From the NCBI RefSeq assembly GCF_964204645.1, contig NC_134030.1, forward strand, positions 13,696,656-13,760,655: a DNA stretch of 64,000 nucleotides, in the 5' to 3' direction. Made by a program: the position numbers and the translations under genes. This stretch comes from Tubulanus polymorphus (taxonomy: Eukaryota; Animalia; Nemertea). Below the pieces are notes generated by a model, which was given only the letters and a program-made list of their open reading frames with translations, ran no database searches and was not told the DNA's origin. This document shows, one piece after another, positions 37,171-49,779 of this stretch. Every line of letters starts with the position of its first letter. Position 1 is the first letter of the stretch.

Positions 37171-38099
37171 GATATTCTTCAACGCGTTGTGGGGGGCATA
37201 CTGTATTCACTTCGTCGTCCGTTCGTCTGTCCGAAGTGGTTTCCGTGCCCTAGCATCTAAACCCTTCGACAGATTTTCTTCGTCCCTCGCAGTTTTATAT
37301 AGTAAAGCGTCGCGACCGTCTGATAATGATCCTTAACGACCAATTGTTTATCGGAACTTTATAGCGGATAAATATACAATATAAACACAAGGTATTTCTC
37401 AAATAACTAAACTATCATCTGCTCAGTAGACTACCATGTGTATTGATGTGATGAATAAAAAAAATTTGAAAAACATCATTTTACAATTAAAGGAATTTTA
37501 TTTACGTAAGGAAAAAAATGTTTTATGAGAGCCAGCGTAGTTTATCTATCACGTGATCAAACACGTGTCTTATCACTTGTTGAACTCCGCTCACTGAGTA
37601 ACCTCGTGGCGATTCAGTCCGTCTGAGTTTCCTAGACACTTATGTTTTATTAAAAAGTTCTATTTGATTAGAAAGTTCTATCATCCGACAAGGATTTTTG
37701 GATCAATAAGGAGGTTAGTTGTTATTTACACCGCTATTTTTACGTTCGTATCTGATTTATCTACTGCGAGTACGTATAACGTAAATTCTTTCAATCATGG
37801 CAGTTAGAATTGTGGTCCTCGGTCATTCGTTAATACACAGGCTGAATAAGTACTTATTCTTTCCTAATTAAGGATTCGAATCCAATCGCGTTGACATACA
37901 GTTCTTGGTTTTTGTGGCGCAACTATCATTCCCGGTCGATCATCCACTCAGTGATGTCTGCCATCTGACATCGATTATGATGTGGCTTTTATTAATATTG
38001 GCTGTAACGGTATCAGTAATTGGGATATCAGGGGTTCCGATCAGAGGACGAGAGGACGACACACCACTCATCACCACAAGAAATTTTTGCTTTTAATAA

Positions 38100-38428
38100 A
38101 TGGGAGATTGAAAAGCATTCTTAGCGACAATAAATAACAGAATAAAACCAGCAAAAAAAAACGATTTGAAATAAAAAAGTTAGTCGATGTTACAAAAGAA
38201 ATTGAACACAAAATATTGAAATTAGAAACGATAAAAACTAAATATGGAGAGAAAGTATCAGCAAAATTAAGTTACTGTAATGTTAGTACAACGCGAGAAT
38301 TTAAAGTATTTTTACCTGATAAATGGGTTTAATTGAGTACAGAGGAATTAAAAGATTTAGAAGGATTTAAAATAATTTACCATGGGAAAAATGAAGACGG
38401 GCATCATGATTTAGAAGTTGTTGATTAA
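38100..38428 (+). pseudogene. Polinton-associated hypothetical protein (inverted partial copy at 40077..40286)
   Basis: TAAATG start, MGD..AF.ATINNRIKPAKK...; 38012..38310 matches the reverse complement of 40078..40366. Confidence 0.55.
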
Positions 38429-38673
38429 AAAAAATAAATTGATAATAAAATCAATTAAATATTAAGAATCCGAAATGACTTATCTGGACAATTTAATTGC
38501 TCCGCATAGATAGACAAAGGTAGTGAGATATTTAATTAATTAAAAATGAAATTATTCTTTGCTTTTTTTCTTAAACACTAATCCATTTCTTTTATTGTGA
38601 ATTTTGGAATTTCAGAAGTATTTTCATTTTTGATAGTAGTAGTTTCAGAATTATAAATAACATAAATCGTATT

Positions 38674-38946
38674 TCATTTTTTATACCAACTACACCCAAT
38701 CAAAATGAACACAATTACAAATCCAGTTGTAAAATATAAATATTCATCAAATATTCTATTATCAGAAGGAGTAGAAATAACAATATTTTCACCATTATTA
38801 TTAACATTTTCATTATTCATTTTTTCTTTTATAGCTTTTTTAAATTCTCTCGATTTAATTCCTAATTGCCGAGACCATTCAATTTGTTTCTGAGTTCTCG
38901 GTTTTTTATTCACAGTTAATTTTTTTACCTCTTCCACTTCGCTCAT
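38674..38946 (-). CDS. Polinton-associated small basic protein with C-terminal TM segment
   Basis: Open 90-aa frame, TAAATG start, KPRTQKQIEW..., C-terminal YLYFTTGFVIVFILIGC; second copy at 6204. Confidence 0.6.
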   Translation of the reverse strand: MSEVEEVKKLTVNKKPRTQKQIEWSRQLGIKSREFKKAIKEKMNNENVNNNGENIVISTPSDNRIFDEYLYFTTGFVIVFILIGCSWYKK

Positions 38947-39271
38947 TTATTATAGAAAAATTTTTACTTTCAATATTTTAAAATGTTAAAACTCCAGTTG
39001 ATAATAATGTCATGAATCCACCTTATTGAAATGATAAATATCCAGTCCATTTATATAATTCAGTCATAACTAAATAATCATTTTTTAAATCTGAATATAA
39101 TCTATTTTCATCTTCAATTGGTAGCATATAATTACATAATTTACTATAACCTTTTACTAAGGTTGTTCTAACATAAAATCATTTATATCTTTGTATTTAA
39201 GTAAATTTTGTCTTATCTAATTTATCTTGTTTTACTTGACGCCATATATTTTTGGTAGAAGAATAAGCAAC

Positions 39272-39870
39272 AAAGGATAAAAAAACTCGAAATACTAAAG
39301 AACAATATTTAAGAAATTTATATTATAACACTGAGAGTTCGGTTGCTTATTCTTCTACCAAAAATATATGGCGTCAAGTAAAACAAGATAAATTAGATAA
39401 GATAATCCCACAAAATTTAGTTAAATATAAAGATATAAATGATTTTATGTTAGAACAACCAACATATACAACGCATAAAAAAATTGTTAGAAAATATAAA
39501 ACTCGTAAAACTATGGTAAGTTATGTAGATCAACAGTGGCAAGGAGATTTAATTGATATGAAAAATGTTAAGAAAGATAATGATGATTATTGGTGGATAT
39601 TAAATATAATTGATATTTTTAGTCGTTATGTATGGAGCTTCCCACTTAATAGAAAAGATGCTGTACAAACATCAAATGTTTTAAGAAAATTTCTTTCAGG
39701 TGGTAAAATTAAGCCAGAAAAAATACAATTTGATGATGGAAAAGAATTTGATAATTCATCTGTTCATGAACTCTTGGATTATCATAATATTAAATATTTT
39801 TCAACAAAATCAGGATAAAAAAGCAGCAGTTGTTGAACGATTTAATAGAACATTAAGAACAAGAATGGGT
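39272..39870 (+). pseudogene. Polinton rve (c-)integrase, N-terminal/catalytic part
   Basis: LRNLYYN...QPTYTTHK...QWQGDLIDM...IIDIFSRYVW...IQFDDGKEF...AVVERFNRTLRTRM: D-D-E triad; one frameshift near 39815. Confidence 0.92.
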
Positions 39871-41074
39871 ACGGTTAGGTCTAACTGCAGTTTGGGTCAC
39901 CCTTCCACTACGTGATGCTAGTAGTTCCAAAATTAATACTAATTGCCAATTTTCAATTCAATTGAAATAAATCTTATTGAAAAAACTCAAAATTTGCAAT
40001 TCAATCCAATTTGTTTATATTAAACAAACTTCATATTTTCAATTCAATTTCACTTTATTCTACTTTATTACTTTTATTATACTTTAAATTCTCGCGTTGT
40101 ACTAACATTACAGTAACTTAAATTTGCTGATACTTTCTCTCCAAATTTAGGTTTTATCTTTTCTAATTTCAATATTTTGTGTTCAATTTCTTTTGTAACA
40201 TCGACTAACTTTTTTATTTCAAATTGTTTTTTTGCTGGTTTTATTCTGTTATTTATTGTCGCTACAAACGCTTTTCTATCTCCCATTTACTAAAAGAAAA
40301 AATTACTTGTGGTGATGAGTGGTGTGTCGTCCTCTGATCTGAACCCCTGATATTCCAATTACTGGTATCTCTGATTGGTGTGACCCAGTGTTTTTTCCTG
40401 TACGGGTACCTGGCGTTTTATTTATCAATTGTGTTTTCACGCAGGTACTGGCTTTTCTGCTCTGAACTGCTTTCGCAGTTGCCCCGTTCTATACGGTTTT
40501 GTTTTAATTTGCAGGAGCCCCGGCTTTATATTTGGTTCTGTTGGGTTGCGGCGTATGCTACATCTTAGCATTATATTATCATTGGCGGGCCAGGATATCG
40601 TACCTTCTGGGGTTCTTCCTAGGCTTCAGCGATACACAATCTCTTTTTGGAAAACTTCCACTGCCGGCCATCTAAAATTTTTCTTTGATAGGATGCCACC
40701 GTAGAATATGCGCAGAACCCCACCCACGGGAAAACCTGCAAGGGCGAAAAGAGCGAGATCGGCGCCGTTGCGAGTAGAAACTCCAGCCCCAGTACCGCCG
40801 CCTCCGGCCTCACCCAGTGCCGAGGAGGTGGCGGTCAGGTCATGTCAATGATGAAGGAGCAGGGCTTGATTCCCACCAGTACAGAGCAACTGAAGTCGAG
40901 ATTCCCACGCCGACAGCGGATATCATACAGGCCGATCAGCCTCCAGCTGTTAGTGAGTCGCCGGGCTTTGACCCCGACCCGTCAAGCTCCATCAAACCGT
41001 TAGGTCTAGCGACCTCAGATGTACCTTTAGATTTTGCGGTTTCAAACAAATTGAAAGCGGATATCTGGTCGAAC

Positions 41075-41106
41075 CATGGACGTATAAACTAGTTTATACG
41101 TCCATG
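41075..41106. mobile_element. 32-bp perfect-palindrome insertion (micro-MITE)
   Basis: catggacgtataaact|agtttatacgtccatg; flanks gtcgaac / gtggaac (7-bp TSD, 1 mismatch). Confidence 0.85.
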
Positions 41107-41194
41107 GTGGAACAGATTCGTCGATTTAGCCTCCTTGTGTGTATCGACCATCACTGTCGAGGATAGTCTGCTAGCTACCGTTATTACTTTAGAG

Positions 41195-41248
41195 CATGGA
41201 CGTATAAACTAGATTTAGTTTAAACTACATCTAGTTTATACGTCCATG
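41195..41248. mobile_element. 54-bp palindrome insertion (micro-MITE, same termini)
   Basis: catggacgtataaactagatttagttt|aaactacatctagtttatacgtccatg (1 mismatch); flanks tttagag / gttagag (7-bp TSD, 1 mismatch). Confidence 0.85.
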
Positions 41249-41599
41249 GTTAGAGGGAGCGCTGACCCTATCTAAACGTAAGCCAAAACAGCTGCTGTCC
41301 ATTTTGGAATGGAGTAAATGTTTTGATTTATTCATGTCAGTGTACGTGGTGAAATTTAATACCGTAGATACTTTTAGACAACTAATCAAGTACGCTAGCA
41401 CTATACGGCAGCTAGATAGCGATTACGGTTTTCCCGCCGCCCAACTTTACGACCAACAATTTCGGCGGTTGTGAGTTGTCAATCCAGCGTGCCCATGGGG
41501 AAATGTGGTTGGCGAGCTGTGGTTTCGCTGCAGCGTAGGTAGCAAAGATGACAATCTACATCCGCATTAATGCTTCGGATACATCTTAGCACTTGGATA

Positions 41600-42275
41600 A
41601 GAGTAATAGGGTATATTACTCTAATAACATTCATATAAATGAACATTATTTATATGAATATCATTTATATGAAAATCAATTTTAATAAAAAATATGTAAA
41701 ATAAATGGTAGATTTAAAAAGTAACGAGTAATTAACGAGTTGAAGAAAATATAAATTTTAATTAAAAAAATTACTAATAAATGAACGAACATATACTACA
41801 TTTCAAAGATATTGATTTACATGAATTAGAAAAATATTTTACAATTAAAAATTTTATTCCTATTCAAGATTTGATTAAAACTGCACGTTTTCGTTTTCAA
41901 GTGAATAATATTACTGAATTAAAGTTTAAAAATTATTATCTAATGATAGAGTTACCGAAAGAAAAAGATAAAATCTTATTCAATACTATAATTCCAAAAT
42001 TCACAACATTTGATGAAATAGATAAACATTTAATTTACATATGAAATACAATCACTTTTTAATAATGAAAATTCACATAAATCATTATTTATACACTTAC
42101 GTTATTGCCCTTTCAGAGAATGTTATGTCTGCCCTTTCATTACAAGAAAAAAGGTTTATTCCAGACATTCCAAATGAAAAATCATTCAAAGATACAGGAA
42201 ATCAATGTAATTAAACAATAAAATTGATACACCTAAAAAAAATATGAACCTAATGAAAAAGCGTTATGTAAGCGT
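41600..42275 (+). mobile_element. Second, internally deleted copy of the hairpin-led Polinton-like block (7051..8450)
   Basis: agagtaata-gggta-tattactct mini-hairpin, one AGTAACGAGTAATTAACGAGT unit, then a frameshifted homologue of ORF 7916..8398. Confidence 0.8.
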
Positions 42276-42294
42276 TACGAATGACTTCTGATGA

Positions 42295-42906
42295 TACCCA
42301 AGATGTCGCCAATTGCCTCATAATTTCCTGATCAAATAAACCTGTCCCGGGTATAAGAGGTCGCTTGCCTAAGAATACCTATCACAAATTGCAATGAAAA
42401 TTGGCGAACCAGCTACAGGACTCAGAATTCAGACCAAAATTGACATTTTTGAGCACAAAAAAGGTCACAGGACAGCCATCTTGAGTCCGATCGACTCAAT
42501 TTTTCTCATGCTGATGGGCCCTAGGGGGATACAAATATATCAGAACAATCAAGGTAATTGATAAAAAGTGTCTTTCCCTCGAAAACTTCGAAAATCTGTT
42601 AAAAAGTGCTTATTTCGGCGAACATCAAGGGTAGATAGGCCAAAGGTACAGGCTATGACCCGGCAGCAACGTCATTCGTTGTTACTCGAGTGGTTTCCTA
42701 CAAATTGGGCATGTTAAACAATTTTTCTCTCTTCCTATGAATAAAATGTCCGTGGCTCCTGGTCTAATACATCTCTATACCAAATATCAAGACATTACCT
42801 TGAAGCGTCTTCAAAACTTTCCAAATAATTGGAATCTGTCAACAGACGAACGGACGACAAGTGAACGCAATAGCCCGCTTGGACTAAAGTCCCAAGTGGG
42901 CTCAAA
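42295..42906 (-). mobile_element. HINE family 1, diverged 5' fragment
   Basis: Reverse complement of 2482..3065-like sequence, ending ggactaaagtcccaagtgggct. Confidence 0.8.
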
Positions 42907-45328
42907 AGGTTCATTTCTGATTCTTAGGTTGTGCAGTCTTTAGTAATCATGCATTTCGAGGATATGCATTTTCTGTTCGAGCTCCACACAGTCGGTTTTC
43001 AGTTTGCGCAGTCGATTTCCAGTCGGTTCAGTCAAATTTGTAAGAACAGACGGGAAAACATAAACAAAAACAAACATTAATGACTTCTTCAAGACAATTT
43101 AGTTTGAAAAATGCTGATCATCTATAAGTATGGATTCACGGCTATGATGCAAATGTGATTTAGTAAATTCAATTTTGAGTTTTAATCGATTTATCAGTAC
43201 ATGTATAGTGTTCATTTCCTGGATTTACATTCTAAGTTTTCTCTGGATTATGAATGTATGTCTCATGATTCAGTCGAGGATTAAAGCACTTTTTCTGGCT
43301 GGGTCTTAAAGGTAACTCAGATTTCTTTTTAGAAAAGCCTCAAAATTCGACGTAATTTTTTTAAGTCAGACATTTTGCTGTTGTCCCAACGTGTCCGAAG
43401 TCAGTTCTGCTGTATACTCATTAATCATTAATAGTGATAAATGGCCCGTGAACTTGATTTAACTCGTCTCTGTGTTCGATGGGCTCTGGATCGAAATTGA
43501 TATGAACGGACGCTGTATGGCATAGATTGGCTCAAAACGATAAATAAACATCAAAAACATTATATCTTTATATATATTTTACATCAATATTTATCTACAA
43601 AATATTTATCAAAACCACAAAAACCTATTAACCTAATATTAAGAATTATCATTAGAACAAAAGAAAAAAGTAAAATAACTTCTAATAAGAATCAACGACG
43701 TAAATTTGAAATTTTCATATTACAGTACTGACTTTTCAAAGTAAGCACCTTTTTGCAGATGTCACACCCTCTTGAAAAATAGATCTATTTCTATACAAAT
43801 GTGTAAACTAAGCGAATGAAATATCAAGAGCATATCACAAATATTTGGTTGCAGAAACAAAATTCATAACATTATAAAGTAAACCAACCAATTATCAAGT
43901 AAACCAATTCACAGAAAATCATTCCAAATTTGAATAAATGATTAAGCTTCCCTTTCAAGAAAACGCTGATGCCTTTATAAATCTTCGGATAGCTATAACT
44001 ATATATCGAGGTGATTAATTAGTTAAGCACCTGCTTGGTTTTTCATTAATATCAATGAAATTCTCATGAAGTAAGGTGTATTGTCCTGGAAGAGCCTATT
44101 GAACTTTGAAATTTATGTCCATTACAGTCAAATATCAAAAAGGAAAAACTATTTTGAAAACGATATACATGTAAATTCTATAAAAAAATATATCTTAAGT
44201 AAGAGTTATATATAGGCTTAGACCTTTTGGCACTATAACTACACGCCAGTGGCGCTATCTATGGCGTAGTTATTTACACATATTGAATATTTTGGCAACA
44301 AGGCTACTCCCATCCGAAAAAAATATTTTTCCATACAGGGCAAACATTAAATTTTCCTTAAAAACCCCCAGTCCTGTCTGAACAAATGAAAAATAATAAT
44401 AGAAACTATCAGATTAATTTTCAAAAATTGTGTGTTATTACCTAAAACAGTTATGTTCTGACCATTATGATTTACTTCGGTTTAAAACAATTAATCTAGT
44501 TAGTCGAAAATATATGAAAATACTTGGTAATTCTTCAATAATGCTTTCATCATAACCAACATAGCATATCAAAATAACGTTGTGTATTACCACTATAAAA
44601 CAAATATTGCATTGACAATTTTAATGTAACAATGGACAATGTATTAATACAAAGGAGCATGTAGGTCTACAAAAATCTACATTAACTAAGACTTATGTGA
44701 TTGAAATTTTGTAAAAGTTCAATCAACTATTAACAAATAATATCACAGCTCTATAGTATCATATATGGACAGTGAAAATATCTTCATTGTTGCAATTTAA
44801 AAAAAAAAATAATATATTGTATTTCTATCTATTACTAAATGCATCAACAAAGTAAAAAACTCTCGTAACAGGACCAAATTTGAGATATTTTAGCTTAAGT
44901 CGGTCTTATACATGAAGGCCAAGTTTTCAATCTTTAAGTAAGACAAGTCTTAGCTCTGCTTCGTTCTGTAACAGATCTCACACTTAAAGTGTTCGCATTT
45001 AAACCATTTCATACTTCAAACAGAAAAAAAGACCCTGATTTTAACTAAAAGGTTATGGATTCTGTGCAGAAATAAACCCAACTTCTACAACCATAGACAG
45101 ATAAGAAATAGAGAGCTCAATTCCTCCAGGAAGACTGGAGACCCCTACAAAGTGAATCTAATTCTTGGACACTTAGCTATCAGATATGAGTATACTTGAT
45201 CTAAATGATTATTCAATTCAATGCAGATACAATAAAATGGAAAATATCATTTTAGGTTTTTGTTATAGGTTTTTTTTGCGAGTGTTCAATATCAAAGTTT
45301 AATGATTTTTCACGTAATTTTTTTGTTT

Positions 45329-45508
45329 TCACGAGTCGACAGCCCATGGTGTCATCAAATCATAATCTTTTCTTTGATTGGCCTTGTCAGCAATGACATA
45401 TTCAAATTGGTTGTCATGATGACTGGGTATCGTTGTTCGTACGTAACGGTTTTTTGTACGTGGGCTGCTGGCATCCCCTCCATCAAAGTTCTTTACGTAA
45501 TCGCTGTT
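45329..45508 (-). CDS. Probable terminal coding exon of an unidentified gene
   Basis: Strong acceptor ttttctttttcag, 59 open codons NSDYVKNFDG...LMTPWAVDS*, followed by ~1.8 kb of AT-rich repeat-free UTR-like sequence. Confidence 0.5.
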   Translation of the reverse strand, partial: NSDYVKNFDGGDASSPRTKNRYVRTTIPSHHDNQFEYVIADKANQRKDYDLMTPWAVDS

Positions 45509-46467
45509 CTGAAAAAGAAAATTGTGAAAGCTTCATTTGTTGAAACCTAACCTATCAATTGAGGACGACTTCCCACTGTGCACACCGATCTCGGAGATTT
45601 TGAAACGATACTAAAAAGTCAGACCCCTCAGTAAGCCAGAGAAACAAGCCTCCACCTATTTTTGACTTTCTGTCCTATATCATTCTAGGTAGCACACCAC
45701 GAATACTCCAGCGCATGAGTTCCAATTTCTACAAGCCCTTGGTATCTCAGTCCAAGTCCTATTTGTGTATGGCACAATGTGAAAAACTGCAGGGTAATAT
45801 AGAAGGAAACAATGGTGCGCCAGGTGGCAGGCAGAAATGACAAAATCTAAATGCCCGCCACCTGGGTCACATAGAATTTGCCAATGGAGCTTTATTGAAT
45901 CCACTTACCCTTTTTTAATTTTTACCTGAACTTCAAGTCAATCACAGCCTTGAAACTAGACAAGAGCTCTGGCGAAATAGCTCTTGTGAGGATAATACTA
46001 GACAGAGGTGTATCTAAGGGATCATATGTAACGTCCTCAAGGTCTGCAAAATCTTGTAGTGCAGATTTATCTAAATGCAGTTTTTCTAAAGCCCACAATA
46101 TTGTCGAAAAAAAATCTAAAGGGAAATTTCAGTAGAACAGATGCACATACCGGTAGTTGTTGAAAGGGGTCCAAAAGGTACTTCCAAAATGCACTGTTCT
46201 CAAATATTTGATGCTTTGTTCGATAGTTATGGGCTTTCAAGGATGAAACCCCCCAAAATCTTGGTTATATGTAATTTGTGTTGTCCCGGCTGAACTCCAT
46301 CATGACGTCATAGCATTCGTTGAATAGGTAAATGAAGTGGATCAGCAGGTGCTAAACAAAATGGCGGCACAATTGAAGAGGTTCATATTCATTATTTCTA
46401 GCGCGAATACTGATACTCAAGGTGTATGATATAACGATTTATTGTGTGTGATGTGTTCAATGATTCA

Positions 46468-49197
46468 TTAGGGTGTCTGCTGCTTTCGCAGAAACCCTCT
46501 TGTAATTCTGTTGATTATCATTATCATAAATTTTCCAATTTCCAGCCAAAATTTTTTCACAAAATGTAACTCCTCTCAGATTCAACCACTAACAGCTTAT
46601 AAACGTAATATTCATTTCTGTCAGAAATATAACTCAGTGCCTGACCATTTCGAATTTGCGTATAGTAATTTATTATGAATTAATCCTGGGTAATCATCAG
46701 GTTCAAACAGCGACAAGAATAACGCAAAGCATTGTCATCCATTGATTTAGGTACATCCTGAAAAGCCTACAAATTAACGGACCACCTCAAGCGTTAAACC
46801 TTAAATCACGGATTCCGATTTACAATTAGTCCGGATCCGTCATTTACCGCAGACAATATACAGCCAACATGGCGGATGGTTGAAATCATTTTCAGCTTAA
46901 ATTTATCGCAGATTTATGGCGAGTTTTAGGACTTTAATGATCTATAATCCCTAGAATGAGTCAATTGATCAATTCGAGATTTCTGGCTCAAATCAATGTA
47001 ATATGGACAGAAATGGTAGGGATTTTCATGGAATTTTACTTCCGCGTTTACTTGACGACTGAGATTGATGACAACAACAGCAGAGTTTATGTAATTTAAG
47101 GTGAGAATCCATTAACCCAGGGAATGTTAGACATGATTTCTTGGTCTAACTGCAGTTAAGGTCACCTTTCCACTGGGTGGTGCTATGATATGAGTACATA
47201 TAGTAGCAAATGAGTACTCGGCGAAGCAATGATCGTTGTTGGCTACCTACTTAATGCTTAGCTTTTTTCGGGGATACACCTAGAATAAATCTAGGCCCTT
47301 AATGTAGTGTGATAAAGCCTAAGTAGTTAGTAAGAGGCTGGTTTACACTCATGTATACGACTATTTATTTCGATTACTTTCTTTCCAGCTATTAATCGTG
47401 GAATGAACTGGTCACTATGGTCTTCGATTCCTTTGCAGATTCTTGCAGCTGGTGGGAATATATTTAAACCACGGAGTGCAAGTGTACGTTTCAAATCAAG
47501 CTTTTTTGTCATTGGCATTCAAAGCTGTAACTTATGCTTAACTGTCTCAGATGCTGTAAATACTTGACGTTTTGTGTAATTGTTTTTTTCTAATGCCATG
47601 TTTGAAATATTTGGATTAGTAATCAGTCGTGCGTACATGTAATCTAACGTACATGCAGAATTGGATTCATTGTTATTATGGGATGATAATTCACAGGCAT
47701 CAAGAGTCCTATGACATACCCTTGATATTAAGCTTTTAAAGTTTATCAGGGACTTGTTTTGGAGTAAAAACCGAATAGCCCTTAGAATACCAATTCCACA
47801 AGGCTTAACGGTCGGTGTTTATGCTCTGTGAGACAGTAGTAATAGATTTTTCACGATAAACGCACAATTTAAATTGATCTCCTAAAATATCTATTATACT
47901 TTCTTTCATTTGATTGCTTAATTACAGGTGGAAAGAGGTCAGATGGCATGAACATCGACTATGGCTGACTAATTGGCGCGAGTAGATAAAGCGTTGAGGT
48001 TTCAAAAGGTGTAGCCAAAATGCTTGTATCATCAGGAGTAGACAAATTATCGGAATATAAATGAAAACTTCACTTTGTTGATCGTCAGTTGATTTTGCTG
48101 TAATTATTTGCCTGAATAAATCAACAAACACATCATACATTTCTCAATCTGTGTTCAGTAGAATTTCTTTCAATAAAATGAAAATTTATTCGACTAATTT
48201 TCATGTATTCAAGATTGAATTTGAATTGATCTTAAAACCAGAGCAGAAAGCATTCAGCAATTTAGAAAATCCTACTAGTAGACTCATAATCAAATTCTGT
48301 GAAGTAAGTTAAGGTCTTTTGCTCGAATCAAGTTGAGGGCTCAGGTGCCTAAAATTCAATTCCTCAATGGCCCTGTAATGCCGAGTACAATGGAGTTTAC
48401 ACACTGAAATATATTGGGCTGTGTAAGTGATTTTAGTGAGCAATATATGACAGCCCTGCCATGCTGCTACTGAGACGTAAACAAGTTAAACTGCATTGCG
48501 TCGATGCTTTGACAAACTGACTCCTAAGCGAGATGACCTTCCAAATCAGATATAAAATATAGCTGTAAAGCAGCAATAACGGGTTTTCTGACATTTTACA
48601 TACATGTGACCTGAAGGGATTGATTGCTTGGGATTCCATCAGTTATTAATTTATAATAATATTGATAATAGAGCTTTATTGGTGATCTTACAACTTTACA
48701 TATGTATGTATTCAAATATTTCAATAAAACAGATGTCTTTTATCGAATTAAGAGACTAGAGATATATTCTTATCTCTGTTTAATGTGAATAAGATTGAGT
48801 TCTTGGTAGAACAAATCAAGAACTTTAATGATGTGATATTATCAAAATGATTCACGAATGCATGTTGAAATCATTTAGCATTTATTGAGTACAGGTGGTT
48901 TAATTCAGTTTCAAAGCTGGATCACATCAAAAACATGGTATAATTACATATACACATAAGTGCCATATGCCAACGGTACGATTAGTTCATGCAACTCCCA
49001 ATGAAAGCGCCTAACAATTAAGGTACATCAGTACTTTTTACGTGGCAGCCCTTGTGGATCCATATATCGCGGATATATGTCGCGCTTCTTCAAAATAGTC
49101 GCATGTTATAAACTGGTGAAATCTTTGTGCGCTTCCCAGTGCGACATTTGAACCAGCAATGCAGAAACCCGTTGTCGCTGCTTTGCAGTTATATTTT
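46468..49197 (+). mobile_element. HINE family 2 related ends enclosing ~2.7 kb of mixed sequence
   Basis: 5' hairpin agggtgtctgc...gcagaaaccct at ~46470, 46530..46720 similar to 21340..21505, 3' end gcagaaacccgttgtcgctgctttgcagtt at ~49161; an inverted 3' end at ~48553..48592. Confidence 0.55.
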
Positions 49198-49779
49198 GCC
49201 TTGCTTAGCAAATCAGGATAGTACAATCGCATTGTCCAATAGGCTCAAAGCCAATATTCTCAGCAGGGATGCAAGTCCATGCTGCTGCCATTGGGAAATG
49301 GTTTGTACTAATGGATGATAATGCATATCCTCCCACATGGAGGAAAAGTTGTCAATGAGTTTTTGGCCAACCAAGGAATGTACAGTCGACCATCCAATTG
49401 AGTACAAACTAAACCAGCTGAAGCGAAGAGTATGCAAATATAAGCATGAAACAGTGTTGTTGGGGACATGACCATCTGTTAATCAAGAAGTGGATGGCGA
49501 TTCTCCAATGTGGTGTGACCCCCTCACCAGCAATGTGCAGAATCAATGCCTTGATGTTATACAATAGCATGGTGGTGTGAGATTCAGTAGGCTATATGGC
49601 TGTTGTTATTTTGGCATTCAATACATGGCCATTAAGGAGTAACGCTACAGGGTCAGATCTTAGCACGTCCGATTGCCCACTGTCTATTATCGAAAGTTTT
49701 GCTTAAGAATTTGGTCATTCCACAGTTGTCATGTCCTTAATCTGCCACCATAGTCATTTAACTGCTATTCGATTGAGTA

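Larger units (their letters stand above)
40690..41560 (+). mobile_element. DIRS/Ngaro-type tyrosine-recombinase retrotransposon gag-like ORF1 fragment
   Basis: After removing two palindromic insertions: KLKADIWSNRFVDLASL...ILEWSKCFDLFMSVY...LIKYASTI...YDQQFRRL...PW...ELW, the conserved ORF1 pattern of YR retroelements. Confidence 0.75.

Noticed and set aside
45680-46110. Candidate - strand exon (FFSTILWALEKLHLDK...) and Cys/His-rich ORF
   Set aside because: Phase incompatible with the 45508 exon and no recognisable domain; may be transposon debris.
47327-48400. Gene fragments captured inside a HINE
   Set aside because: Short ORFs without recognisable motifs; element boundaries uncertain.
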